The position numbers and the translations under genes are program-made. Shown here one piece after another: positions 29,126 through 44,151 of a stretch of DNA of 64,000 bases (its first letter is position 1; each line of letters begins with the position of its first letter). Source of the stretch: the human T2T-CHM13v2.0 reference genome, Homo sapiens; assembly GCF_009914755.1 (NCBI RefSeq), contig NC_060934.1, one strand, 5' to 3'. The notes under the pieces were generated by a model that saw only the letters and a list, made by a program, of their open reading frames with translations, did no database searches and was not told the origin of the DNA.

Positions 29126-29189
29126 GATAATTTTGATTAGCACAAAGATGGGACAGCTACATGTGATCAGATTTGGAAAAAAAAAATAA

Positions 29190-29790
29190 CCATTCATTCA
29201 TTCATTCATTTACTCGGCACTGATTGAGTCTAGTTTGGACAGGTATTGCCCTAGTCTCTGGGATGACAGCGAGAGGCAAAACACAGACACTCACTGCCTG
29301 CATAGAGCTCAGAATGTAATGGTGGGAAGGCAGAGGAGGAAACAGATATACAGATAATTTTAGATGGAGATACCTGCCATGAAGGAAGTAGAGGAAGGCC
29401 AGGTGCAGTGGCTCATGCTTGTAATCCCAGCACTTTCCCAGCACTTTGGGAGGCTGAGGCAGAAAGATCGATTGAGCCCGGGAGTTTGAGACCAGCCTGG
29501 GTAATATAGCGAGACCCCGCCTCTACAAATAATTAAAAAAAAAAAAAAGAAATAGGATTACCTGAAAAGGAGCCAGTCTTGCAAACAGCCGGGCAAAGAG
29601 TGAGCAAGAGTTTTTTGGGAAGAGGTGCACACAGCAAGTGCTGAGACCCAGAGGAAGGAAGGGGCTTGTCTGCTGAAGGACCCAGGTGCCCTGGGAGAGG
29701 TAGCCAGAGGCGCTTAGTAAGCTTCAATCAGGATTTTAATCTTAATATAGTGCTGAGGGTTTTAAGCAGAAGAGTGATAGAAGAGAGTTA
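29190..29790 (-). mobile_element. L2 3' fragment interrupted by FLAM-like monomer (29397-29549)
   Basis: (CATT)n L2 terminus and 'gagggttttaagcagaagagtga'. Confidence 0.7.
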
Positions 29791-30120
29791 GCTTTTGTGC
29801 AAGCACTATTATTCATGGAAGTCCCCTTTCGATGGGGTAGTGGGGACTCCTCACTAAGCTGTCCTTCTATCTCTGTGGCTGTCTCAGAGAAGCACTGTGG
29901 AACTCCAGGGTGCTACGTAGCTCACCACGGTGACCCCCAATGCAGGCCACTTACAGAAGCTTGAAGATCTGTGATTTGCTCACCCAGGCTCCCATGCCGA
30001 GTGTTCTTGTCATTAACTCAAAAGCCAAATGCTGGTATTTCTGTTCTTACTTGCTTGATTGTTTGTTTACCAGTTCTCAACATCTTCAGTGTCCACTTGG
30101 TTACTAAAATGTTTACTCCT

Positions 30121-30600
<480 letters not shown>

Positions 30601-30829
30601 CTAATCTTTGCTTTTTCATCTGCTCTCAATTGAAAAGAAAGAAACCATTAATTATATTGAAAGATGCTGACTTGTAAGCTTCTCCCCTCTCCTGGCTCAG
30701 GTCAGTTGCTCAGAATGCACCCAGCAAAGATTGGCTGAACAAAGACAGGGAGATGTTGTGAGTCCCACTGATGCCCTTAACACCGGGCATTGTTCAACTT
30801 GGGGTCATTTGTGAAAATGATGGGAATGC

Positions 30830-30950
30830 AACTTCCTCACTTTACAGATGAGAAAACAGCCTCAGAGAAATGCTGGGATATGGGATATGAGTTGGTCTCA
30901 TAGCCTGTGAGTGCCAGAGCCAGCTCGAATCCAAGTTTCTGACTCACAGT
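30830..30950 (-). mobile_element. MIR
   Basis: 'ctcactttacagatgagaaaacagcctcagaga'. Confidence 0.7.
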
Positions 30951-31328
30951 GACTCTTATCCAGCAGGACGTATTCTTCAGAGGCCATGTGTTGAAAACAG
31001 TTAGGTGGGTTGGGGGCTGCAGGCCATACCATTAGGAAATGGGGGGCATGTCCTCTGGGTGGTTCCTAAGCATTTGGATGTTACAGCCCTGCCTTTCTTT
31101 ATTCTGTTGTTCTAGAAGCTCCAACCTGGTATGCTTTTAAGGCAGATATGGCCACAAATGAAGCACATTCACATGACTGCACTGCCTTTCTGGATGAAAC
31201 AATTTGACCAAACACTGGTGTTGAGACAGTTGGTGATTTGGGCTTTGCCACGTGGTGGGAATGACACAATAAATATATTTTGATATGAATTAGGTAAAGA
31301 TCTGTCTCTAACCTTGGGCTATATGTGA

Positions 31329-31691
<363 letters not shown>

Positions 31692-34174
31692 TGTAATTTT
31701 CTTTAAAGACTGCCACTGGGTGGAACCCACTGGGCCCAGTGAGAACTACGGAAAAGAGACCCATTCTTGCCCTCATTGTTAGTGTCCACATCCGGATTTA
31801 CCTAAACCCCACCCAGGTGGCATTTGCATAGTAATGAAAAACCGGTATTTTCTAGCTGTGAATCACACTTCAAATCCTGAGCGGCTGACTGTCAGGGGTG
31901 CGTCAGGCCTGCTTGCTGGGAGAATGGACGAGCTGGTTGTGGAGCGGGCGGGTCCCGCCACCCGTGGGCTCAGCACTGGACTGCTCCCAGAACATTAAAG
32001 GTCTGGCTGATGTTCCATGCCACATCTGGACATGAAGACCCATGTCTGCCCTTCTGTAGAAGGGCCAAAGAAGAAAGGAGGCATCACATGTTTCTGCTGT
32101 GGGGGGCCCTTCCGAGCAGCAGACAGGAGCAAGGTACAGGAGTGGCCTGATTCTGGGGTTTCCCTGCCCCCCCTGGGGTCCCTAAACTGCTGTGTGATAT
32201 GTTTCTAACTATCTGGACAGCTCACCCAAGAGTCAGTTGTTCCCAGTCGCTTCTTGCTGAGGATAAGCCAAAAGAGGGCCGGGGGCCAATCTGGTTTCTT
32301 TCAAGTGAAATTATGCTTCTCAAGCAGAGAATGATTGCCCACAGCAGTTAAACCTTGTTTAATGGTAATTAAATTGCTTTTCTTCACTTTGAAAAATCTC
32401 TTAATTTTCTGTACAAAGGCAGGAAGCATTTTTCTTTGATTCTACAGGATGTTTCTAAGTATGGTGTAATCAGTTCATCTTACCTTGCCGGGCTCTGAAA
32501 GAATGAGTGTGTGGGATCAGATTTAGAAATGCCTCAAAGGTTAGAAAGCCGAGTGCTGCCGATTAACTCAAGCTCAGATGACCAAAAAAAAAAAAAAAAA
32601 AAAAAAGCTGCTTTTCCCCTCACTTCTCCCTCTGGTTCTGCCTCAGTACTTTGCTTAGGAGTTTCTAAAAGCAGGCACAGTTGCCTGCGGGGCTGGTGTG
32701 TGTCACCTTCGCAAAGTGCAGATGAGGTCTGGCATGTCCCATCTTGTTCCTGCCTGACTACAACTCTGCACACAGACAGTGTTGATCTGGCTTGGAGCCC
32801 ATAGTGGCAATCCTTGGAGTGGAGGCAGCAGAGATCTCAGTTCTTCCTAGTGCTTGAGAAGTTAACTAACTGTCTTTCCCATGAGGAAAATGTTTTGAGA
32901 CTGTAGAAGCAGAGAAGAGACTTCGCCAAAGCCCATAGAAAATAAAAAGCAAACCCTCAAGCATGAAAATCCCTGGCCCTGGAGTAAGTGCAGGTGATAA
33001 GGCTTGCTATCTGATGCCTCATTCCATGTCTCTGGCTTCCCATTGCCTAAATTAAGATGTCCTGAAAGAAACCTTGGGAAAAAAAAAGCACAGTCCCCAC
33101 ATTTGAAGTAGAAATAGAATTAAGGAGAAATTGTGATTTTCCTGAAGGAACAGAACCAACACTGGTTTTCAAAAGCCTTAGTTTTACATTTTAGTAGAAA
33201 CTGTTAGCAGTAGGAGGATTTGCTTTGTGTGTGTGTGTGTCTGTCTGCTTTGCCTTATTTTGGTTCTGACCATACCACTGCTATCTCAGTCTTAGAGGCT
33301 GATTTTGTGGCCCAGAGTGTTTCGTTCAGATATCTTTGTGTTGAGGTGATATTGAGCCAGCAGCCAAAGAAATGCATGGCCAAGATATGGAATATCTGGT
33401 CAACAGAGAATAACAACAAAGTGGGACGCATCATAAGGTCATAGGTCAGTGAAAACAGCTGCTAGCCATTTATATGCAGGAGAGAAAGAAGGCCCAGGGA
33501 GTTGGAAAGACTGAAGGTATTTTGGACTGAGCAGAGCAAAGGGATTTGGGGACATATAAATGTATGAAACAAGATGGTCAGGAAAACAATTTTTTTCAAA
33601 GGTAGCATGAATAGAGTGAGGTAAGGAAACCCATGGCCATGGTACTGGTGGCCTAATGGGAAAAGGCAGTGTAATGACTTCTACATGGAGACTTCAGTTC
33701 TGCCCCTCGTACTGTTGAAGAATATTCTGTCCAGAGAGGCTCTTCAGTTTCTACCTGGTTTTCTAATGGCTTTAAAAAACTTTGGTGTATTGGGGGAATG
33801 GAAACAAAGATATTTACTAGAGAAGTGTTTGGCAAAAAGTGCCAAGCTTATTCCTGAGAAAGGATGGAACGGCGTGGGGGGTGGAGGGAGGGTTGGAACC
33901 ATACTCCAAATTCCCCTGAGGCCCACACGTGTTCACCAGACATCTGTGGGGAGCCCGGATGAGATGTGGGGCCCTTCCCCTTTCTCATTTTCTTTTTTAC
34001 TTTTAGATCCTGGATCAAAATGAGTCCTTGATTCCCTCATCCCATCCCAGGACCCTTTTTTAGTTGCATTACCACCTAGTGAAGTCTACCAAGTCTTGAT
34101 TTGAGAATCAAAACAAACTCAGATCAAAGTCAACCTCAGGGAATCAGAGAACACAGAAGCTGAAAGATGTATCC

Positions 34175-34290
34175 AGCCTTCCCTAAATGGCAGATGAGGA
34201 CACTGAGGCCAGGAAGCTCAGGTGACTTATCCAGGAGCGTGCCAGTACTTAGCCAAAGATCTGGAACTGGGACTGATGCTTCCTGAAAAC
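34175..34290 (-). mobile_element. MIR
   Basis: 'cagatgaggacactgaggcc..ggtgacttatccagg'. Confidence 0.65.
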
Positions 34291-34569
34291 AGATTCCTGC
34301 CTGGAGTGCATGACCCTGCTTGAGAAAGTGCAGAGGGACAGTGACAAGGCGGGATAACGTAGCAGTCCCAGCGACTTGGGCACCCATCCTGATGCTTCCC
34401 CTAGGCCCCAGTGTTTTATTTTCTGGTAAGGCCAGACCTGAGTCAGGTCCTGCCTCCTAACTCCTTTCTCTTCCTTCAGTGGGCAACAAAGATGGCCACA
34501 GAAGCAGAGAGGGGTTCCTCCCAGGTACATATTTACCAGTACTTGTACCTTGCGCTTTTAAAAACTCTT

Positions 34570-34717
34570 TAGCCAGGGATAGTGGTGCATACCTATAATC
34601 CCAGCTACTTGGGAGGCTGAGGTGGGAGGATCACTTGAGCCCAAGAGGTCAAGGCTGCCGTGAGCCGTGATTATATCATTGCATTCCAGCCTGGGTGGCA
34701 GAATGAGACCCTGTCCC
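34570..34717 (+). mobile_element. Alu right-arm monomer (FRAM-like)
   Basis: right arm only, no A tail. Confidence 0.82.
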
Positions 34718-35051
34718 CTCAACCTAACTCTGATGAGGACTATATTACAAGTGTTATATACCAGATTCTGGATGGAGAAGGGAAAGTGATTGTAGACAAG
34801 AGAATATTATACTTGGTTGCTGTGTTCTCCAAACCCAAACGCATAGATACACACAGACCCACAGACACACACACACAGACATGAGCGGGACATATTTGAA
34901 ATCCTCACTGGTTTTGAAAATCTGAGGCTAATAGTTGGAGGAAGTGAGGGGTGACTGTGAGAGAACAAATGTGTAACAGATACACCCTGAGAATCAGGGC
35001 TCATAAATAAGGAGTAGAGTCTATTGCACCTAAGCCTTACTACTAGCCTAA

Positions 35052-35429
<378 letters not shown>

Positions 35430-35868
35430 GGCTTACATCTTAATGAGCCCACAGCTGCCTGTTGACCTGGTGTCATCACGAGGGTGATCACTATTTCCAG
35501 CAAGCTCTTTGTCCCTCAAAGCCCAGGGATCAGGGGCAGCCCGTGGAAGACGAGCCACTGGTTCCAGCGAGGCACAAGGAGAGAGGTTAAGCTGCTTCTA
35601 CCCTGTTCAACTGTGATGAGATTCCAGCGAAAATCAGCATTGAGGGCCTCAGGTGTTTGCAGGGGGCTCTGGTATGTTAGAAAAACTAGAGGGAGGGGTC
35701 TGCCTTTGTGTCTGTTTGTGAGCGTGTCTACTCAAGTAGGAAAGGGGAGCACAGATTTTTACAAAATAGATGTGGGCGGTTTCTTGTAGTCTTGCCTAAC
35801 TGAAACCATGTTTGCCAGAGATTACTTGGAATTACCCTAATAGGTGCTTTGTCAAAATACTTGGTGCT

Positions 35869-36160
35869 GGCCAGATGTGGTTCATATACCTGTAACTTCA
35901 GTGCTTTGGGAGGCTGAGACAGGAGGATTGCTTGCGGCCAGGAGTGCAAAACCAGCCTAGGCAACATAGTGAGACCCTGTCTTTACAAAAACAACAACAA
36001 AATTACCTGGCTGTGGTGGTATGTGCTTGTGGTCCCCACTACTCCAGAGGCTAAGGTGGGAGGATTGCTTAAGCCCTGGTGGTTGCAGATGCGATGAGCT
36101 ATGATTGCATCACTGCAGTCCAGCCAGGGCAACAGAGCAAAATCTTGTGTCTAAAAAAGA
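35869..36160 (+). mobile_element. AluJ
   Basis: diverged dimer; TSD aatacttg. Confidence 0.86.
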
Positions 36161-37004
36161 AAGCAATACTTGACGGTGAAAGCGAGTCCTGCTCAGGGGT
36201 CCCTTCTGGAAAGTCCTGGAGCCTGGAACTGAACTCCGTGATTCCCCTGTGCCTTCCCCCTGGGAGCCTGAGCCCCCTTGAAGGTGACAGACACGGGGGA
36301 ACCTGTGTCCTGTGGGATCACTCCTCTCAGTCCTTCTCTACCACATAGAGAAAGGGATGGATGGCAAAGTAAAGCCAACAAACCTCCACTTCCTTCCTCC
36401 TCCCCACTGCCAGAGTGGAGATTCTTCTTTATTCTGTGGAACTGGATTCTGAAATGCCAAACCATTCCATCTGTTGTGTTTTGGCACAAGTGCTCAAAAG
36501 AGCTCAGGTGTCTCCCTTTGCAATTTCCCCATGGCTTAAAATTCAGTCCTGGAGATCTGTCTCTTGTAGGAAATGGAGGGGCTTTCCTTATGCTTGTTTT
36601 TCTCTGTAAAGAAGCATAAAGGTTTAAGTTTTCGTTGGGAGGGCCTAAATTAGGAAGGAAAGATTATTTAAATCAAAGCACTCTCATTGTAGAGTCATAA
36701 GCTTGGATTTTGTGTGCATGCCATGCTAGCTCAAAAAACAAAGTTGAGAGTCAGAGCTCTTTGAAGGATGAGGAAGGGGACCCGGGAATGAGTGGCTCTG
36801 CTTCAGGAAGCATGTTTTAATGTGTGTTCCTAAAAAAGCCTCTGGAAAAGTGGTTTAGGAAGCTTCTGGGCTAGGAGAGACACCATGAAAAACAAAACAC
36901 AAAGTATGTGAGTCAGTTATGATCAATTGTGCCATAATCGACATTTCAGTTGTATAGTAGTTACACTATGAAAAGCACAGACATATTTAAAAAGACAATT
37001 TTGA

Positions 37005-37325
<321 letters not shown>

Positions 37326-37752
37326 CTAACAGCTTCATTTAGACATCATACCTTTTGTCTAGACTTGACAGAATTTGTTAAATACTGGAAAGTTGTATTT
37401 TTTATCTTGTTTCCCCTGTTCTGTCTGTGAATAGAGACGTTTGTTCTTTACCTAGTTTATAGGACTGTCATGAGGAAAGGTGACATAATAATGGGTTCAC
37501 AGTATTGGAAGGGGGAGGACAAAATGCCTGTTTACAAGAGACCCAGTTACAGAGCTATGTGAAGTAAATACTGAATGTCAATTCTAGGTAACGATCCTCA
37601 ATGTCACAGGTACTTCACGTATTAATACCTCTTTGCCATTATACATATGTCCTTCTCCAAATGATGGCTCTTTGCTGTAAAAGTTTGTCTTCTAAGCTGG
37701 TTGTGTGGAATTTGGCCCCTACCTTCCACATTGTCTTATAGGAGTGCATTTA

Positions 37753-38051
37753 GGCCAGGTGTGGTGGCTCATGACTCTAATTACAGCACTCTGGGAGGCT
37801 GAGGCAGGTGGATTACTTGAGGTCAGGCGTTTGAGACCAGCCTGGCCAACATGGTGAAACCCCTTTTCTACAAAAATACAAAAATTAGCTGGACCTAGTG
37901 GTGGGCGTCTGTAATCTCAGCTACTTGGGAGGCTGAGGCAGGAGAATCCTTGAACCTGGGAGGCAGAGGCTACAGTGAGCCGAGATTGCACCACTGCACT
38001 CCAGACTGGGTGGTAGAGCAAGACTCTGTCTCAGACAAAAAAAAAAAAAAA
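37753..38051 (+). mobile_element. AluS
   Basis: dimer; TSD gcattta. Confidence 0.9.
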
Positions 38052-38882
38052 GCATTTAATCTGGTGCTGAGCTGACCTCTTGTACTCTGATTTTTTCATT
38101 GTTTAGATTGGAAATAGGTCCTGAGTTCTAATTCTGTATTTGGGACTTGGTGACTGCTTCTATCCCAGTCTTTGATGGTTTAGACAGTGGAACCCTCCAT
38201 GGGGGCATGTGGGTGATCCTCTTGTCGGGGAAAAAAGAGGGTGAGTGACTAGGGGGTGGGCTACCGTAACCAGGACTCTGAGGATAGGTGCAGGGTCACT
38301 GATGACTGGGAAGAGTTGTAGGTCCTGCCACCATCTATTTTGCATGGGAAGGACATTTGCCTGAGCTAAGCCATGGGAAAAATCTAAATTTAGATACCTG
38401 AGCTCTCCACAGCAACTAAGCCAAGACACAGTAGACAGAATGTTTTGGCCTTTCAGAATCAGTATTTTACATACAAGGACTCGATTTCACAGAAAACCCT
38501 TCTCAATGCTTATGTGTATATGAAAAGAAAGTTTGACCTGCAGGAATCATTGTAATGTATCAGATCCATATCACAGCTCAATTATTCCCAAGGATTCAGG
38601 GAGGAAAAGCCAACAAAAACAAAAAAAGGAATAAAGGAATTGGGTTGTTATGGAAGAGAAAGCTAAAGGGGATTTATTTGAGGTCTGGAAGGCTACGACG
38701 GGTTGCATTCAGATGTCATCCACATGTCCACAGAGAACCGCACAAGGACTTCAAGGTGAAATAGTGGCTGATCAAGTCCTAGGAGTCTGAGCAATCAAAC
38801 ATTGGCATGTGTTACCAATTAAGTAGAGAGGTGGCTGCTGTTTTAGAGGCTTGATGATTGTCTGTCTTTAAGAGTCAATATT

Positions 38883-39182
38883 GGCCGGGCGTGGTGGCTC
38901 ACACCTGTAATCCCAGCACTTTGGGAGGCCGAGGTGGGTGGATCACAAGGTCAGGAGATAGAGACCATCCTGGCTAATACGGTGAAACTCCGTGTCTACT
39001 AAAAATACAAAAAATTAGCCGGGCGAGGTGGCGGGCAACTGTAATCCCAGCTTTTCGGGAGGCTGAAGCAGGAGAATGGCGTGAACCCAGGAGGCGGAGC
39101 TTGCAGTGAGCCCAGATCACACAACTGCACTCCAGCCTGGGTGACAGCGAGACTCCGTCTCAAAGAAAAAAAAAAAAAAAAA
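38883..39182 (+). mobile_element. AluY
   Basis: AluY diagnostics; TSD aagagtcaatatt. Confidence 0.92.
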
Positions 39183-39219
39183 GAGTCAATATTTGTGGGA
39201 GTCTCAATTTAAGGTGCTA

Positions 39220-39522
<303 letters not shown>

Positions 39523-40395
39523 TCAGTATTAGGGATGGGGGCCAAAGTCCACTCACGTATAAAAATATCCCTCAGAGGAAGACTTCTATGTGTGTCTCAT
39601 GCAACCACTTTATGCTGTCTCTGAGGTTGTTCATTCCAGTTTTCCTGCTTTTCTGTTCCAGACTTGGGCTGATACCAGAGAGTGTGGATTGCCTGCAGGG
39701 CTTCATGCGCATTTCTCTGTGTATTTAAATACTCACGGAAGATTAGCAACTATGCATAAACTTTCCAGTTGTACTTCCTTAATAATGATTACTGCTACTC
39801 TTTGTTGGTAGCTAAGGGAAGCGTCTGCATGGAGGTGGCTTAGAATTGACAATGTGCAAAATTCTGGGTCGTTTCATGGGGGCTGGGGGAAGGCTTGGAA
39901 ATAAAGGCTTGGGTCATTCCCTTGTGTTTAGCTCTTGCAGGAAACTCTTGCAACACCATGCTGTTGTGTTATCATCTGCCTGGGTTTCGTCCCCAGGACA
40001 GAACGGCATGAATGATGTCTTTAGTGTCTCACAGAAGGAACACTGGGTTCTTGAGTGCCTGCCATCTCTGTCTCATCTTGACTCCAAGGACATTTTAACC
40101 TCTCAATGCCTTGTTTTGCAGCCAAAGGTATATTATCTGTCTCCCATATGCGTTCTGGGAGATTAACCACTAAGCATTTTGCTTTTTAGGTGTGAGGCGC
40201 TGTTTCCTTCTAAGACCAGTATTGTTTCTGACTAACTTTATCCAGTTGAGTGGGGTTGTGTCTCTATTTCATGTTACGAGATGCCTCTAACATTTTTATT
40301 ATGAAAATAATTTTTGTGTCCATTGAAAAGGTTTGGGAGGAGTATTTAAGTTTTGTAGGATAATTATAGATACTCTATCAGTCATACATTCTATC

Positions 40396-40695
<300 letters not shown>

Positions 40696-41297
40696 CATCA
40701 CACACTCTAAATCCATACAACGAGTACAGCGGGACTTTTCTTTCTGTGTTTTGTGGCAAATAAGTTGGTAGAAATATTATCAAATAAAGGCCAAAACTGT
40801 GTTCAGAGACCTGGAAGTTCATTCTTTTCCTGGTTTTGTTGTATGTCTGAGACATGCAGAGGGACAGACAAAAAGATGCATTTAAAAAAGAGCTGCCAGG
40901 GAACACATACCAAAATGGAAATTTGGGAAGGGGATGGACAAGATGAGACAAAGCAGACAGACACAGATTTTCTCAGGTCAACAAAGTTGTGTCAGACTAG
41001 TAAGACCAGCTTTAGAGTTTAAAAAAAAAGAAGAGGAAAAAGAAAAGAAAAAATACACACACAAACAGAGGTGCACAGAACATTCCAGGAAACCATTGAA
41101 CTGTGAGTGATAACGTGTTTCCTTCTATTCCTTCAAAGATTTGTTTTAGAGGATAGCTGGGTAAGAACTTGTGCTGAAAAAACAATGCAAGGGATTTGTA
41201 AAGAAACAGGGAAATGAATGATCTGACAGGCCGTTTGTTACCACCAACATTTTTCTTAATTTAACCTGAACTTACTTGCTCTTGTGGTGGTCGGTCG

Positions 41298-41298
<1 letters not shown>

Positions 41299-41345
<47 letters not shown>

Positions 41346-41415
41346 CTCTCTTTCTCTCTCTCTCTCCCTTTCTCCCTTTCTCTCTTTCTCTGTCTCTCTT
41401 TCTCTCTTTCTTTCT
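41299..41415. repeat. (CT)n/(GA)n-rich microsatellite at an Alu tail
   Basis: about 115 bp almost pure pyrimidine. Confidence 0.95.
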
Positions 41416-41712
41416 TGTCTCATTCTGTTGCCCTGGCTAGAGTACAATGGCACAATCCTAGCTCACTGCAGCCTCAACTTCTGGGCTCAGGTGATCCTCC
41501 CACCTCAACCTCCTGAGTAGCTGGGACTACAAGTGTGTGCCACTACCCACCACACCCTGCTAAATTTTTGTTGTTGTTGTTTTGAGGAGACCAGGTTTTA
41601 CCATGTTACCCAGGCTGGTCTCGAACTCCTGGGCTCAAGCAATCCGCCCACCTTGGCCACCCAAAGTGATGAGTGCTAAGATTACAGGCATGAGCCTCTG
41701 TGCCCAGCTTGG
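41416..41712 (-). mobile_element. AluJ
   Basis: Alu reverse complement. Confidence 0.86.
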
Positions 41713-42450
41713 ATATTTCAAAGACATTAGCCATGGCCTTCATGTTTATCTGGACTTGAGGGCTTCATATCTTTGACCATAGATGATGCTTAAGTTGGTC
41801 TTTCACGTGGTTTCAGATCCACAGACATTTTGATTAGGTCAAATAACAATCGTCTTCATAATGCCACCATGTATGTATGTAGTCCTTTGGAGACTATTTT
41901 GACATCATTTATAACTGACAACACTGTGACTTTCATCCTCCTCTTAGCTCACATGCCTTAATCCCACATGTACTGCCCTGTAGAGAAATATTCCTCCTTC
42001 CTCTTGGCTTGCTTTCTTAGCTTTGTCTCTATCCCAGGACAATAACTGAACAAAGGCTCTTCATTCTTGGTGCAACTCAGAGTTGGAAGAGTCAAGGGTG
42101 AAGGGGCATTGGGCAGCCGGCCATAGCTGTCTTCTTCCTCTCTTAATGTCTTTGTCTCTCCCATCTTCATGTGGACATTTTCTCTCTCCTTCTTCTCTTT
42201 TTCCTCCCCTCGCTGAAAAAAATAGGATTACTGTTTTGAACCGGGCATTATGCTAGATGATAGATGTACAGGGGTCAGCAAGATGGGCAAGGTTTCCATC
42301 TTCATGTATATTAAAGTTTGGAGGGAATAAAACATTAAAATAAATAGTTACAAGGGTGGTGAGTAGTAAGAAAAGATAAGGAATGCTTAGCAAGGGGGAC
42401 TGAAATAGTGTAGAGGTGGGATGAGGAGTCAGCGAAGTCTGAGTAAGTAA

Positions 42451-42924
<474 letters not shown>

Positions 42925-42999
42925 TGATCATTTTTTATCAGTTGTCCAAAGACTTCATCTTTTCTCCTTCCCTGATACCATTGCATTCAGCCATGGTGC

Positions 43000-43545
43000 T
43001 GAGAGGTGAAGCCAGCTGGACTTCCTGGGTAGAATGGGGACTTGGAGAGCTTTTCTGTCTTATAAGAGGATTGTAAAACACACCAATCAGCACTCTAGTT
43101 AGGAATGTAAAACGCACCAATCAGCGCTCTGTAGCTAGCAAGAGGATGGTAAAATGCACCAATTAGTGCTCTGTAAAACACACCAATCAGCGCTCTGTAA
43201 AATGCACTAATCAGCACTCTGTAAAACGCACCAATCAGCAGGAGTCTAAAAGTAGCCAGTTGTGGAGGATTAAAAAAAGGGCATTCTGATAGGACAGAAA
43301 TCGAATTTGGGAGGGGACAAATAAGGGAATAAATGCTGGCCACCCCAGCCAGTAGTGGCAACCCGCTCGGTCCCCTTCCACGATGTGGAAGCTTTGTCCT
43401 TTGCTTTTCGCAATAAATCCTTGCTACTGCTCACGCTTTGGGTCGGTGCCATCTTTAAAAGCTGTAACACTCAGGACTGCGAAGGTCCGCAGCTTCATTC
43501 TTGAAGTCAGCGAGACCACGAACCCACCAGAAGGAACCAGACACA
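43000..43545 (+). mobile_element. LTR12-family (ERV9) solo LTR, short LTR12F-like
   Basis: TG...CA ends, 4-bp TSD GTGC, tandem caccaatcagcRctct units, 'gaagtcagcgagaccacgaacccacc' U5. Confidence 0.93.
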
Positions 43546-43974
43546 GTGCCACCTACCCACATCTTCCCCTATGGCTAGATGGCAGGAATCCACAAACACC
43601 TGCCAAGATAGTATTGTGATCATGTTACCAGCTATAATTGGAGGTGAGGAGTTTGGAGTAGAAATTTGTCTGTTTTTATAATAACGAGGTTGAATTATTT
43701 ATAGCTTTGTGTCTTTCCTCTTCTCCATAAGTATAATTAATTTTATTAGGCATCTATTCCTAAGAGCCAGGAATTCACATAGCTGCTGGGAAGATGAAGA
43801 CTTATAAAGACCACTTGTGGTCTCTCAAGGAGTCTGTTGGCAGAGACTGGCATACATAAAACAAATGGAATAAATATTCTATCAGGAATATGGGTAAGGT
43901 CTTACAGAAACCCAGAAGAGGAAAGAGTTCTCCCAAGGTAAGGGAACCTAGAAAAAGTTACAAAACGGAAAGAG

Positions 43975-44030
43975 CTATCCATCTATCTGTATCTGTATCT
44001 ATAACTATATATCTACATCTATACCTATAT
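43975..44030. repeat. Degenerate (ATCT/ATCTAT)n simple repeat
   Basis: atctatctgtatctgtatctata... Confidence 0.8.
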
Positions 44031-44151
44031 CTGTAGAGATGGGATCTTGCCATGTTGCCCACGCTAGTCTTGAACTCCTGGCCTCAAATGATCTTCCTTT
44101 CTCAGCCTCCCAAAGAGCTGGGATTACAGGCATGAGCCACCATGCCTGGCC
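44030..44151 (-). mobile_element. Alu left-arm monomer (FLAM-like)
   Basis: left arm only. Confidence 0.83.

Noticed and set aside
43070-43245. Array of short direct repeats resembling a CRISPR-like array
   Set aside because: These are the known CCAAT tandem units of LTR12 U3; no unique spacers, and eukaryotic context
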